Below are positions 36,981 to 50,174 of a DNA stretch of 64,000 nt, piece by piece. The notes below the pieces were generated by a model. The model saw nothing but the letters and a program-made list of their open reading frames with translations, searched no databases and was not told the origin of the DNA. The position numbers were made by a program, and so were the translations under genes. How positions within the stretch are numbered: the stretch's first letter is position 1; every line of letters starts with the position of its first letter. Source of the stretch: Takakia lepidozioides (lineage: Eukaryota > Plantae > Bryophyta); contig CM060734.1 in NCBI GenBank assembly GCA_030704615.1, forward strand, positions 53,258,001 through 53,322,000, written 5' to 3'.

Positions 36981-39900
36981 CTTCTGTGAAACGTTCGATT
37001 CGGAAGTGGCGCATAGAAAAATTCCACAATGAGGAGGTCAAGGCTGAGTACGTCCAGGCCTGGCAAGAGGCTCTCCCTCATTTTGTCCAATCGCTCCAAG
37101 AACTTCAGTCACGCTCTGTTAACGCAAGAAATGAAGTCGAAAGAGCAGTGGACTCTTGGGAGAGTTTCGTTTCCTCCTTGGCTGACAAGATCATTGGGAG
37201 GAAACTAATTGTCTGCGGTAGAGCAGTTAATTGGTGGACTAATGAGATTAAAAGATAGCTGAGAGATGAGCCCTCCATAAAGAGTGCTGCAATTTGGAAA
37301 CCAACAGAGAATTGTGGGCGAGGTACTACCAGCTCCGTAAAGATATCAATCAGCTTGTTAGGTCTCAGAAGAAATTATACTGGGACAAGTTATACAGTGA
37401 AATAAACTCAACCACCATGGCGGTAATGACAAGAAATTCTGGTTGGCCCTTCAACGTTTGTACAAACCGAAAAACGGTCAGCAAGTACAAGCGCTGAAGA
37501 CTTCTAAAGGTGCAGTGGTGACTTCATCGGTTGACATTGTCAAAACCTTTGAAACTCACTACAGTATCCTTGGCAGAACTTCTAGGTCTAACAGTGAGGG
37601 GTCTTCTGCTGAATGGAGGGACACAGTTGGAAAAACTGTTCCTATGATTCAAAACAGCCCTGATGAACTGGAGTATATTTCAATGGCTTACAATGCTCCC
37701 ATTAGTTCTTCTGAGATTGTGGAAGCAATTGAACATTTAAATGGATATAAAGCTGGTGGACCTGATGGTATTGTCAACGAGCTTATCAAGCACGGTGGCG
37801 ATCCCATGATAGAGGCCCTAGTTCTCCTCTTTAACCTTATCTGGAAGACTGAAATGATCCCCTTTCGCTGGCGACAGGGGGTCATTGTCAATCTATACAA
37901 GAAGGGTGACAGAGAAGAACCGGGGTTGATCTGGAGTCTAGAGGTTGTTTCCACGAAGGCCAAGCTGGCTTTCGGCGAAACAGGGGCTGTGTGGATCATA
38001 TCTTCACTCTAAGCCAGATTATCCAGGGAAGGAAAAAAGAAGGGAAACCCACTTATGTCTTTTTCCTGGATGTCAAAAAGGCTTATGACACAGTGTGGAG
38101 AGATGGCCTATGGTTCCGCCTCTGGTCTTGTGGGATCAAGGGAAAGATGTGGAGAGTTGTCCACAACTTGTATGCTCACATCAAAAGCTGTGTCACTGTT
38201 AACGGACAGAAGTCCAACTTCTTTGACATAGACCAAGGTGTAGCTCAAGGATGTACTCTCTCTCCTCTGCTCTTCAATGTTTTCATCAATCAACTCCTCG
38301 AGGATGTGGAAAGTGAGGGATTTGGGTTAAGGGTGGGTGATACCACCATACCAGCCCTTATGTTTGCGGATGACTTCGTAGGCATAGGGGAGACTCCAAC
38401 CAATTTCAGGAGTTGATTGATTGCGCGAAGAGATACTTTGATCTTTGGGGGCTAGAGGCTAATGTCAGCAAATGTGCAGTGGTAGCATTCAACGACAGAG
38501 GAGAGGGAGGAAGTGATCTTAAGTGGCAGTGGGGTAGCCAAGAGATCCCGGTCCTCCCTTCCTACACTTACCTGGGCGTTGAGTTCTCCTCCAATTGTAA
38601 TTGGGATGCACATATCCGGAAAGTTGTTCAAACTGGCAAGGGCAAAGCTCTGGGGCTCACTAAATTTTTCCACTGCAGAGGGGTCAACTCTGAGGTTAAG
38701 AAAACCATGCTTTGTTGCGTTATTAGACCTGCCTTGGAGTACGGATCTGCTATATGGGTTGATAACTCCAACCAGGCTAAGTCTCTAGAAGTGCTTAAGG
38801 AGTGTATGTCAGCATGCTCCAAAACAGCCAATGTGGCTGTTCGGGGTGAGTTTGGCATTCAGTCCTTAAGCTCCCGACGAGATGAATTCAAGGTCAGATG
38901 GTGGGGTCAGCTGCAACATATGCCCAACACCAGATATCCTAAATTAATCGACTCTATATCTTGGAAACAGGACCGCCCTGTCAAACAGGCTAAGTCCTGG
39001 CAGAAGAGAGTAGAAGAGATCCTCAAGGACCTGGACCTGGATCCGCAAGTCTTGACCCTGCTGGATAAATCTGACTTAGAGGCTGTAGTGTCCTCAGTCT
39101 GTTGCCATGAGATTGTCTGATGAAAATGAAGTTAGGCAGAAAACTTCCCTGAACTTGTTTCCAGTCTGTGACATGGGCAAGGACATCTTGGATGACCTCA
39201 AGGGTCTACCCACTCTCGGCACTAGACTGAAATTTAAACTCAGGGCAGGAAGCCTACCTTTGAACAGCAAACAGAAGCAGAGAGGAAAGGGAGAGTGCAA
39301 TTGCCCGTTGTGTGGGCAATCTGAAGACAGTATTCTTTTTCTGATACACTGTCCGGGGTTCTCTCACCAAAGAGACGCTCTCTTCAAATCTATTAAGGGA
39401 ATTGTGCCTGTACCCCTGTTTACCAACTTTGAAAGTCTCGAGGCTGAGCCAAAAGCCCAGGCCCTCCCGAGGCCTAGTTTTTGGGCAAATCACACACAGC
39501 AGATTGATGCTTGTGTGAAGGGATTTCTAGAGGATATCTGGAAAACCCGGATTAATTCTTTATATGGAGGTAAGTCTTACTACCAACGTCAGCCCCTGAC
39601 AGAGGTAGGTTCTGTCCCTTTTGTTCCCGCTCAAACTGGGCGCGGGGTCAATGGCCACAAGGCTACGGCAAACAACGTCTTATGAGTACAATCTCTCTTC
39701 CACTTCCTGATTTATTGTTGTGGGTACTCTCACCCTCTTGAATTCCATCAAGGGAATTTTTCCTGTACCTCTGTTTACCAACTTCGAACATCTCGTGGCT
39801 GAGCCAAAAGCCCAGGCCTTTTGGGGTCTAGTTATTGGGCAAATCACACACAGCAGATTGATATTTGTGTGAAGGGATTTCAGAAGATATCTGGAAAACT

Positions 39901-41697
39901 CATGTTTCAAGGCAAGTCATACTACCAGCGTGAGCCACAACGGTAGTTTCTGTCCCTTTGTGTTCCGCTCAAACTGAGCGCAGGGTCAATGGTCACAGGG
40001 CTATTGCAAACTACGTCTTATGAGTACGTTCTCTCTCTCTGCGCTCACAACTTTGAAAATCTCAAGTCTGAGCCTAAAGCCCTCGCCCTGCTGGGGTCTA
40101 ACTTTTGGGCTGCTCACACACCGCAGATTGATCCTTGTGTGAAGGGCTTTCTAGAGGATATCTGGAAAGCCCGAACCAATTGTTTATATCAAGGTAAGTC
40201 GCACTACTGGAGTAAGCCCCTCACAAAGGTAGTACCTTATCCTATGTTTCCACTGGGTGCGGGGTTTATGGCCACGAAGCTACAGCAAACCAAGTCTTAC
40301 AAGTACGTTCTCTCTGTGTTCAAACCTAAGTAGATCTCTCTCTCAAAGGTTTGCCCACTCTCGGCACTAGACTGAAAATGAAATCAGGGCGGGAAGCCTA
40401 CCTTTGAACAGCAAACAGAAAACCTGAAGACAATATTTATTTTCTGATCATTGTCCTGGGTTCCAGAGAGATGCTCTCTTCAAATCTATCAAGGGTATTG
40501 TGCCTGTACCTCTGTTTACCAACTTTGAAAGTCATGAGGCTGAGCCAAAAGCACAGGCCCTTTTGGGGCCTAGTTATTGGGCAAACCACACACAGCAGGT
40601 CGATGCTTGTGTAAAGGGATTTCTAGAGGATATCTGGAAAACCCGGATCATTTTTTATTCCAAGGTAAGTCTTACCACCGGCGTCAGCCCTGCAAAGGTA
40701 GGTTCTGTCCCTTTGTGTTCCGCTCAAACTGGGCGCGGGTCAATGGCCACAAGGCTACGACAAACAATGTCTTATGAGTACATTCTTTGCCCCAACGTTT
40801 AATGTTACTGGAAAGTGGGCTGTCTCTGTAGATGTAGCCTAGCCACAATCAACATGAGTGGTATGGATATTTTGGGCTTACATTTCTACTGGTGGTGGGG
40901 AAGCTCACAGTTAAAATGGCTACTTGAAAGCTGAAATCTTGCAGGGCCTCTTTCTGAAAGGCTGTGGGAATGCATGCAGGGGATAGTTCCAAAGTTCCCA
41001 ACTCCCAAAAAACATCCGCTTTTTGGAGTAGGATATGAGAACCCCTATGGCCGTCTACCATCTACAGCTAGGTTTGACTGCTGTGATACGCTTCAAGTCT
41101 CTTGTACCACCAAAGTGTGAAAGTTCGGGGTGTCTCGGTCCCAATGAAAACCTCGTGCATCGGTTGCTTCACCTGCAGGCATTGAACTCTTGTTTGGCCT
41201 TAAACCCAGCACATGATTTGCAGATTAGGCCAACTTCTACTCTCTCTTGTTCTGTTGCCTCCCTGACAAGGGAGTGAGGGAAAGACCTGCTGGGATTGCC
41301 ATGGAGAAAATGCTGCTCAATGTCAATGAGCTGAAGCTGGCCACAAAGTAATGGTGAGCTCCTTCACAGCATTTGTTGATCCAGTGGGAATGACAGACTA
41401 AGGACGTTTCCCAGAGTGGGCACCAGGCTCTAGTTTAGATGAAGAGTAAGCTCCTAATTCTCTACAGTTAGTTTATCCAGCTGGCCCATCTACTTAGAAG
41501 AGAAAATGTGTGAGTGTCTTCTGAAGAGAGAAGTCCTTGATGTTTATGTTGTTTGCAACAAACAGGTAGGCAAGGAAGACTCAGGCGCGAAACATGCTCC
41601 CAGAAAATGCAAGCTGCAGGTCATGTTACAAGTGCCTCAAGGCGATGTAAAATCAGGAGTTCTACTCTTCAGAATGAAGAAACGATGGGATGTGTAA
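34585..41697 (+). CDS. OEP37: Chloroplast outer envelope pore protein 37; exons 34585-34923, 35131-35220, 35572-35739, 36245-36339, 36807-36927, 41566-41697
   Basis: The spliced product carries OEP37 motifs throughout (VSTEYDSE..FVNKIS, AQQGE, FPLGE, WSAVYK, GYDSDV..WGSLW, MLQVPQGD..KKRWDV*). All introns are GT-AG with compatible phases. Confidence 0.9.
36940..36976. repeat. (CT)n microsatellite at the start of OEP37 intron 5
   Basis: About 18 CT units directly visible. Confidence 0.95.
36985..39691 (+). mobile_element. 5'-truncated non-L1 LINE (RTEX/RTE/L2-like RT with C-terminal zinc finger), copy A
   Basis: KAGGPDG, LDVKKAYD, GVAQGCTLSP, MFADD, YTYLG and CPLCG..CP motifs. 15-bp TSD tctctcttccacttc at 36970-36984 and 39692-39706. 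Confidence 0.9.
39735..40782 (+). mobile_element. Three further short 3'-end copies of the same LINE (B ~39735-40030, C ~40048-40308, D ~40343-40782)
   Basis: Each aligns to the 3' end of copy A and ends in tat(g/c)(a)agtac. Copy C has a degenerate TSD tctctctgcgctca (40034-40047) / tctctctgtgttca (40309-40322). Confidence 0.85.
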
Positions 41698-42911
41698 TCC
41701 TTCTGTTTTCTCAATCTGCTTAGAGGTTGATCAAATCTTGGGAGATGGCGGTTTGCAAAGGTCCCAGCACAATTTTGTTACTGGTATTGATCTGTATGGC
41801 AACTTGCCTGCAGGTGTAGTTTGTGATGTGCTTCAAATAATTCATCCTCAACCATTTTGTACCAAAGAAGCTTTCCATTGCTTACCTGCATTATGCACAA
41901 TGTCCTCTTATGCTCAGTGATGATGTTGCACCATGTGTTGCATTGCCATAATCGTTCACCTGACTTGGTTCTTTTCGAACCGCTGCTTGCCAGTATGGGG
42001 TTTAACTTGCATCCCCAACCAATGTTGTGAATCAAGGTGCATGCAATGTAGACTAGGGGTTTCACAAAGCAGGTTGTCATACTCAGTACATCTTTTGTCA
42101 AATCAGTAGCTGTCGATATGCAAATGAAGACATTATATGATGAGCTGGTGTGCAAGTCAGATAGGATGTTGAATCTCAATCCTATTTCTCCTCTGGGATT
42201 CTAATCTCTCCTGCAATAACTATCGGCCTGGAGGGTCTGCAGATGACTTGTAAGATAGGTGGGCCCTTGGGATTCACCCATGGAACTCACTAGTGGTCAG
42301 TAGCGGGTTCTTGCCAATTTCATCTGCCAGTATTAAGCAACTGCAGATATGTGTGTTTTGATGTCAAGTATGCCAGTTGCATAATGGGTTTGCCTTGGAA
42401 TGAATTAAGAGTCTAGCAATTGTGATCATACCCACACTATGCAATCCAAGTTGTACTGAATGCGAGTGCAGCGAGAGCTTTACAGGTTCTAAGAAGTGAG
42501 ATTAAGAAGGAAGAAGAGGAAGAAGACCTCCGAAGATGTTTTGAAATCGTTCGCTTTCAAACTTCCGCTGCCAGAACTTGTTTTTAGTATGTCTCAAATT
42601 CATCAATGCAAAGGGAAGGGAAGGGAAGGGAAGGGTTGGCAATGAGCATTTTGAGACTAGTTTGAGCGCATGCCGTGTATGTAGGGAGGTGTTGTGGCCT
42701 GCAAGGAAGGAGGAGGAGGGGATGGATCAAAAACTGGTCCTCGGATGTGAGGGAGAAGGCAGATCAGATTCCGGAACGATAGCGGTGTGAGAATGGGTTT
42801 GTGTTGTTAGCGGCAGGCAGAAGGTGGATGGAGAGGGTGGAGGAAGGTAGAGAATAGGGATAGGGGGGATTGGATTGTATTGTATTGGGCTTGTATGCAG
42901 GAGGCTTGCCA

Positions 42912-45900
42912 ATGCCGGGGGCCATGCGCTCATCTTCTACATCCTCGCAATTGTCTCCTGCTTGTATTTCCTTCTCTTCGGTGAAGCTGCCCCTGCACGT
43001 ACCTTATGTAAGGCCTGTACAGGGCTCCGAGGGTGGGTCGCCGCTTGGGGCTATCCTGAGTGCGGCCGAGGGGTTTGTTCATTCTCTGTGGGCCAAGTGG
43101 GGACCTTTGGCGGATAGAACCAGGCGATCTATTGTAGATGGGGCTGCAGGGAGCAGGCATTTCCTGGATGCTGCTGTTTCCCCTCTGTGCTCCACTTCTC
43201 TCTCTATGAATAATGAGTTGGGTAATGGAAAACAGGGGGGCATCCCTCACCATAGGCCAGAACAACTTTCCACGCAAAGACGAGGAGCTAGGAAAGTGGG
43301 TCGCAGGAAAGGTACAGGCATCCAGTTGGTGCAGGATGGCGGGGAGGAGGAAGAAAGAGTGTTAATAAGTGAGATACTGATTCAAGACAAGGATGGGCAA
43401 GAGCTCGAGGATACGGAACTGTTGACGACCGCAAGACGGGCATTGAAGGCCTGCAAGCCCAACTTCGCACTGACCACGCTCGAGGTGCAGGAGGACGTGC
43501 ACCGCATCATTGACACTGGCTTTTTCGCCTCCTGCATGCCCTCTGCCGAGGACACCCGTGATGGTGTGCGTCTCATCTTTAAGGTGCCTATACTTATACT
43601 GGCTGTTCTCTGACATTTTTCATGTGAGACGTATACGAAGTCCAGCATTTGTGGCAATTTAAAGAATCAATGAAAATCCAAGCTCTGGTTTATTTTAGGT
43701 ATCTGGACTCTTGTTGCGCAATCTTTCCTTCTCTCTTGTTCTTACTTCAAACTTCAGCCTTCTTCAGCTAGTGTGAAGAAACAACGCTAATACAAGGGCT
43801 GGGAGGGACTGTGATCTTATCCTACAGAGGGTTGAGTGTGGGGAATATTTGTGGTTACCATGCACTGAGTGCATGTCGGTTGGATGTATGTGAGCATGCG
43901 AGGAGCCGGTGCCTGATATAGGTACACAGTTAATAGTATTGTAGGCATATATAAGTCATCCAAGTGAGCTCTAGGGCCAGATTGCTGTGTGTAGAGGTGC
44001 TCACAGCAACTGGACTATGAAGTACAATCGGAGACAAATCAGGGACCTCTTGCAATTTTAGATTGAATAGCAAGGGTTTGTTGCCACCTGGCTATCTTCA
44101 TTGCACACCCTATGTGAGGATTCCTGCAGGACTGCGTGCCCTGTGTACAAATTATCTTAAGGAATAGTATGGTAGATTCTGGGCAAATCATCCTCCCCTG
44201 TCATTTCCCCAAGATCGTACATTGTTTGGTAAGCACTTAACCTTTGCTCATAACCAGACTACAAAGGTGTACTATAATTGACTATCAAAGCTTACCAAGC
44301 TCTGAATCAGCACAACCAACCCTCCTGTTTGATGCCAACTCAAGCACCTATGATGAAAGGTACAAAAATCGCTCACCGGTATGATGCTGGCAGCTCTCAC
44401 CTGAATGTTTGACACGGGTATATGCTTTGTTTATGACTTCCTGAGCTTTTCCCCTGACATGTATTTTGACCAGAATGATGTGCTTATGGATGGAGTGGAC
44501 TGGTGGGAGTAAAGGTAGAGCCCAATCAGGAGCTGAAGGGACTGGTGTGCAATGGCGCCAATGTGCTACCAACTCGAGTTGTGGAGAATGCCTTTCACGA
44601 TGAATTTGGTAGGTGCTTGCCTTGCCGTGACACCTACAGTGAGCATCAATACAAGACTATACTATGGCCACTTTTACTGCAGGGAAACCGTGGGAATCAT
44701 GACAGACTTAGGCTTTTACTTCCAATGGCCTGCAGCAAGCCCTTGTAATTGCTGCATGGGAGTTTGAAAACCTGTTGACTAGTTTGTGGAACTAAAGGTC
44801 ACATTTTTTGTTAGGAGTAGACACCAAATTAGCTTTCTGCACAGTAAAATTCTGAAACAGTCTTTTCAAGTTCTTGTCCACAAAAACAGGTTTCCCATTC
44901 TTACATTCTGAAACCGGCCCCTAGGGCCCCCAATCCACTCTGTAATTCTTCTTAAAGCAGGTTGTTGCAACATCAAAACACATGTTTGAGAAGATGCTCA
45001 TTTTGGCTCTGGTTTGCATCCATGTAGGATTGCACGAAAAATGTTGTAAAGTGTATGTGGCAAGTGATGCAGGAAAGGTGGTCAACATTCAGCGACTCAA
45101 TAGAGTGCTGGATACGTTAAATGGCTGGTACAGAGATCGAGGCCTTTTTGGCCAGGTCAGAAATATTTCCTTACTGACATCTGGCAGTGGATCTGAATGT
45201 TCATCCTTGCATGTACTCTCCGATTGGAAAGCAAAGACTTTTGGTTAAACATGGTGCTAGGACATATGGCTAAGTCCCCTATGTAGGATCTCATGCAGGT
45301 GCCTCTCAAAGTAGGCAGGCAACCAGTTTCCAATGAGGACACCAGGGAAGCCCTGGCGTGAGAATGGTCCAATGCAGACACATTGAAAGGTGCATTTCCT
45401 GCATGCAAGCAGCAGAAGCCCTGATTTTAAGTGGGTGGTTTAATGTGGGTAACTGCTTCTGTTTGCTTGCTACTAGCTCCCAATGGTGTCAAATTGGGGT
45501 GGATGCAGGTGACAGATCTTGAAATACTTTCAGATGGTGTGATCAGAGTGCAAGTAGCAGAAGCAGAGGTTCACAACATCAATATTAGGTTCCTGGACAG
45601 AAAAACGTAGGTTGTCTCTCCTAAACCAACTCAAGTGCATCTCCCAAGGGGCTCAGTCGCCTGGGTCCATTGACAAGTGTTGTGAGCATTGCGCTGGCTG
45701 ACATGCCGGACTTTGGCAGCCATTGTCCTTTAATGATGCTTCTCTTCAACCCCATGGGTGCTTTCCCATCCACTTATAGTACTGCTGTGTTTCTTTGTCC
45801 GCTTCTTGCTGTATCTGTCTAGCATCTTGGGGAACAACTGTCCATGGACTGCCACAAGGCAGTACTGATTGTTGTGGCATTTTGTCTGATGTGATTTGTG

Positions 45901-48900
45901 CAGTGGAGAGCCAACCACGGGCAAAACTCGTCCAGAGACCCTACTTCGGCAGCTCACAACAAAGAAAGGACAGGTAGGCAGGTCTGTCCGTGTAAAATTG
46001 TGGCCGTGGAAGATGCTGAATTGCATGTTTTGAGTGCAGATGTAGTATGCAACATGTGTTCAAGTGTTCTTGTGTGGTGGATGTAGGTCTACAGTCTGCA
46101 ACAGGGAAGGCGGGATGTGGAGACGGTGTTTACAATGGGCATAATGGAAGATGTAAACCTTGTGCCACAGCCTGCTGGTGGTATGCACTTCAGCCTCGGC
46201 TGGTTTATAATGCATTTGAGTGGAAGGATGATGATGATGTGGTGTTGGTGTATCTCACAGCCCTGTTGTTGGTATGTTTCTTAAATTGGAGGTGTGAACA
46301 GTTTTCATGTGATAAGAGCTATTACTGGTCACATGATATAGGGAACGTCTTGATGGGGGGTCAGACACAGGCATGGTGGATCTGACTATGAATGTAGTGG
46401 AGCGAGTGACAGGAGGCTTCTCAGCGGGGGGTGGCCTATCAGGCAATGGGTGGGCTCCGCAGCCTCATTTGCACCCAAGTTGTCTTCTGTTGCATTTATG
46501 TTATTGCTGTGGCCTATTTGTCAGAAGTGGGTGTAGATCGGTTGTGATGTAAGTGCACGGCTCCCAGTGTTGACAGGGTTAAGCTTGCTGGTTTATGCAA
46601 GGTTATACAGCCAGGCTTGCTTATGCCCATATCTTTGTTTCATTTGGTGACTAATATGCAACAGTGCTGAGATGGATGGGGCCTGATTGTTCCCCAAGTT
46701 ACTCAAGAAAGACGCCGAGCTGTAATGGAGCATCCAACTGGCTACTTCACTGCTTGCATGCAATTATAATGGAGGCCAATGCTGTTATCTTACCTGTTGT
46801 TCATTGTGTGGCAGCATTACAAACGGAGCCCTGTCAGGTCTTGTTGGAAGGTTTGGTTTTGCCTGGACCTCTCATGCACTTTTGGTTGTAGCAGGACCAG
46901 TACCCACCCTGTCTTATGCACCCAGTGGGATTTCATAGAATTGCTACAATATTGCTGGTTGTATTCCTGCCTGGGCTACATCCTCTACAGGATTATTGTC
47001 CCATTATGCAGATCCATTAGATACAGTCTGCATACAACAAAGGATGTACTGGCCATGTGTTCTGGGAAAGGGTGATGAGGTCTTCACTTTAAGGCAGATT
47101 TCACAAATAATCTACATGGAGTGTTCATCGTCATATCACAATCTTGACTTTCTTATAGGTTTGCATGGTGTGGTTTTGTGCAGCTTTGCATATTCTCATA
47201 GGAATGCCTTTGGTCGGAACCAAAAGCTTAATGTCTCACTGGAGAGGGGGCAAGTCGATTCCATGTTTAGAATAAACTACACTGACCCTTGGATAGAAGG
47301 GGATGACAAGCGAACATCGCGCTCCATCAATATCCAGGTGAGCCATTGATGTCATGTGTGGTGAAGCAGGAATGTGGGTTTAGGCATGCTATTGCTTGTC
47401 TCTTAACCACTACTCATGGTTTCGAGTGATGACAATTGCAGTGACATGGTCATGGTTCATCTTGTCAGTCTCTTGTTTTTCAGAAAAGAAGCATGCCAAT
47501 TCTTTCCAACCATAACCGAGTACAAAGAGCGGGGAGGGGACTGCCCAGCCTTTCAACCTGACACGGTTTGTCGTGGCCTTGCACTTCAAGAAGAGGTTCA
47601 GTTTGGTCACCACAGCAAACAAGTGACTAAGTATAATTCTTCTTGTTAGGTTTGGTTTGGGGAGCTCTCTTGAAGATTGGTGGTTGGTGGGTGCAGAATT
47701 CTCGAAGTCCAGGGACAATAGTGCATGGCATCCGTAGAGAGACCCGGACATTAGGTCCACTGCATGGCGGGGTGACGATAGGTAGGCTGATGGCGGGTGT
47801 AGATTACAGCCGCCCTTTACGCCCAAAATGGAGTGGAACTGCCGGCATTAGCTTTCAGGTATTGTGGGGATTGTCACTGGAGTATGTGTGCCTTGAAAAG
47901 AATCGTAACCAGTTTTCTTTGCTATGACCCTTACCCACCTTTTTAATTATTCAACCATGCAACTACTCTCCAGCCTGTCATGTCATTGGCGCATTCAAAC
48001 CCAACTTGGGTGGCATGCTCCAGGATCCCTGCCAAGCATGATTCATACACATCAATGGCTGGAGAGGCATCTCCCAGACACTACCTGCTGTGTGCCGTCT
48101 GCACAATCATTTTGCTCTGTGGTTACATTTTCAGGGCCTTGGTACAGAGGAAGCTGTAAAACTTTCTTGAGCACAGTTCGTAGTCTTGTTAGCTTATCAG
48201 GCATTGGGATCTCCAGGTTGCAATTGGGCTTTTGTTTGATCAATTTCTGTCCTTTCATGGACTTGCAGCGTGCGGGAGCTCGGGATGAACATGGGCAGCC
48301 AAAAGTGGTGGACATGTATGGTGGCCCTCTTACGTTCAGGTATCCCTCTTATGCACCCACATTTATTTGACACCATCCTATTGGCAAGTGCATGCTTTAA
48401 ATCTGCTTCACTCTCATCAGTGCAGGCCAACATTTGTCAATCGGGGACAGCAACTAGTACAAATCAGTTACGGTAGTCACAGCAGTAACCTTAGGAGTTG
48501 AGTTGGAGCACTCCTTGTTTTCCTCGTAATGATAAAGTGCCTGAATGATTCTCATTTCTGCTAGATTTGGTTTGCCTGGGACAGTGGACGAGCTTATGAT
48601 GACATGCTCGTGGCGAAGTTGGAAACGGTTTACACAGATTCAGGAGATAATGGCTCCTCTCAAGTGCGTGATCTCAGATTTTGTGCTCCATCTTTTTATT
48701 CCCAAAACATTGATCAACTCAGAAGCTTGGCCACTGTCAGGGCATGGCATGCCCAACTTCCATAGGATCTGGTCACAGACTTTCATATCATTTCTTTGAG
48801 CACATCCCTGGAAGTGTCAGGTCATTTTTATTTTGCAATAGATTGTGATGCTGGCGTTTACATTTGAAGTGAGGAAGTGCCAAAGTGCCCCTATTGACCG

Positions 48901-50174
48901 CATACCTTATATTACGCCGGATAGATCATTTTAGTGGGATTATTAAGCATTCAGACACAGTATTGTTTTCTCTCGTATAGTACCTTAAGATTATGTCAAG
49001 CTCTCTCAAAATTGGTTCACGTGTTTACAAGAAATTAATGTCAGAGGTTTTGAGATTGCAGCTTGTGTTCAATACGGAGCAAGGGCTACCAATTGCATCA
49101 GACTGGCTTTTTTTCAATCGCATAAATATACGGGCCAGGCAAGGGCTTCGCATTGGTCCGGTTCGATGTATAGCAAGGTGAGAGGGAAAGTGTTTGGCTC
49201 TACTATATTGTGGTTTTCTAAATTCTTCTATTGCAAGGTCAGTCATGTATTGGCAATCTAATTGCTTTGAGTCGGAAAAACTTGTTGTCAGTATGATTGC
49301 ATCCATGTCTGTATACAGTTTCTCAGGAGGCACAGTTGTAGGCGACCTGGCACCCCACGAGGCATTTCCTATTGGAGGCACCAATAGTGTACGTGGCTAT
49401 GATGAAGGGGCGGTTGGCTCAGGACGGTCATGTGTTGTTGCAAGTGGTGAAGTCTCAATGCCACTCGTACGTTCCCTCCTTTCTACTGAACTTTGTTGTT
49501 ATTCCCAAGCACAACAAAGAACTTCACATCTTGTATTGAAAGGAGTTCCTATCCGATAGATCACCGGGTAGGATAAGTCTTCCCTTGGGTGGTCGCCTGA
49601 GAAGTTCTTTGAAAGAAGCTGTCAGTTATCTGCTTATCTGGTGTGGTGGTCAAACATCTGCAAAGGTCCTTCTCCTACTTGCCCCTAGATCTGAAGTTCG
49701 GGAAAGTGGCATCTTTTGATTTACACTACTCGGACCTGTAATATGCTTTATTGTGCAGTTTGGACCTGTGGAAGGAGCCGTTTTTGCAGATTATGGTACA
49801 GATTTGGGCTCCGGACACACTGTACCAGGTGAGGTGGTTCACCTGGCCTGTAGGATAAAATGAGCCACATGATTTTGCAAAAGAAATCAGATTGGTTTGG
49901 TTACAATCTTTTGAGTATGTTCCTGTGAAAGTGGCAGGTGACGACAAAGTTGAGAGGTCCAGCGTTTAATTGTGGTGATAGGTTGAATGGATTGGATGGT
50001 TGTGATGTTGCATGCTCAGGTGATCCTGCGGGAGTGCGAGGGAAGCCTGGAACTGGTTATGGCTATGGAGCTGGTCTTCGAGTGGACTCCCCATTGGGGC
50101 CCTTGCGCTTAGAGTATGCCCTTAACAATAATCATGCACGCAGGTTCCACTTTGGAATTGGCTATCGGAATTAA
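42912..50174 (+). CDS. OEP80: Omp85-family outer envelope protein 80 (Toc75-V); 16 exons: 42912-43583, 44515-44608, 45073-45155, 45509-45606, 45904-45973, 46087-46180, 46365-46449, 46815-46850, 47184-47337, 47697-47858, 48269-48339, 48585-48663, 49062-49177, 49319-49466, 49759-49828, 50020-50174
   Basis: POTRA region (EERVLISEI..., [16 protein letters not shown]), barrel motifs [13 protein letters not shown] and [13 protein letters not shown], and C-terminal [10 protein letters not shown]. Splice phases are consistent; start codon uncertain (42912 or 42924). Confidence 0.9.
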
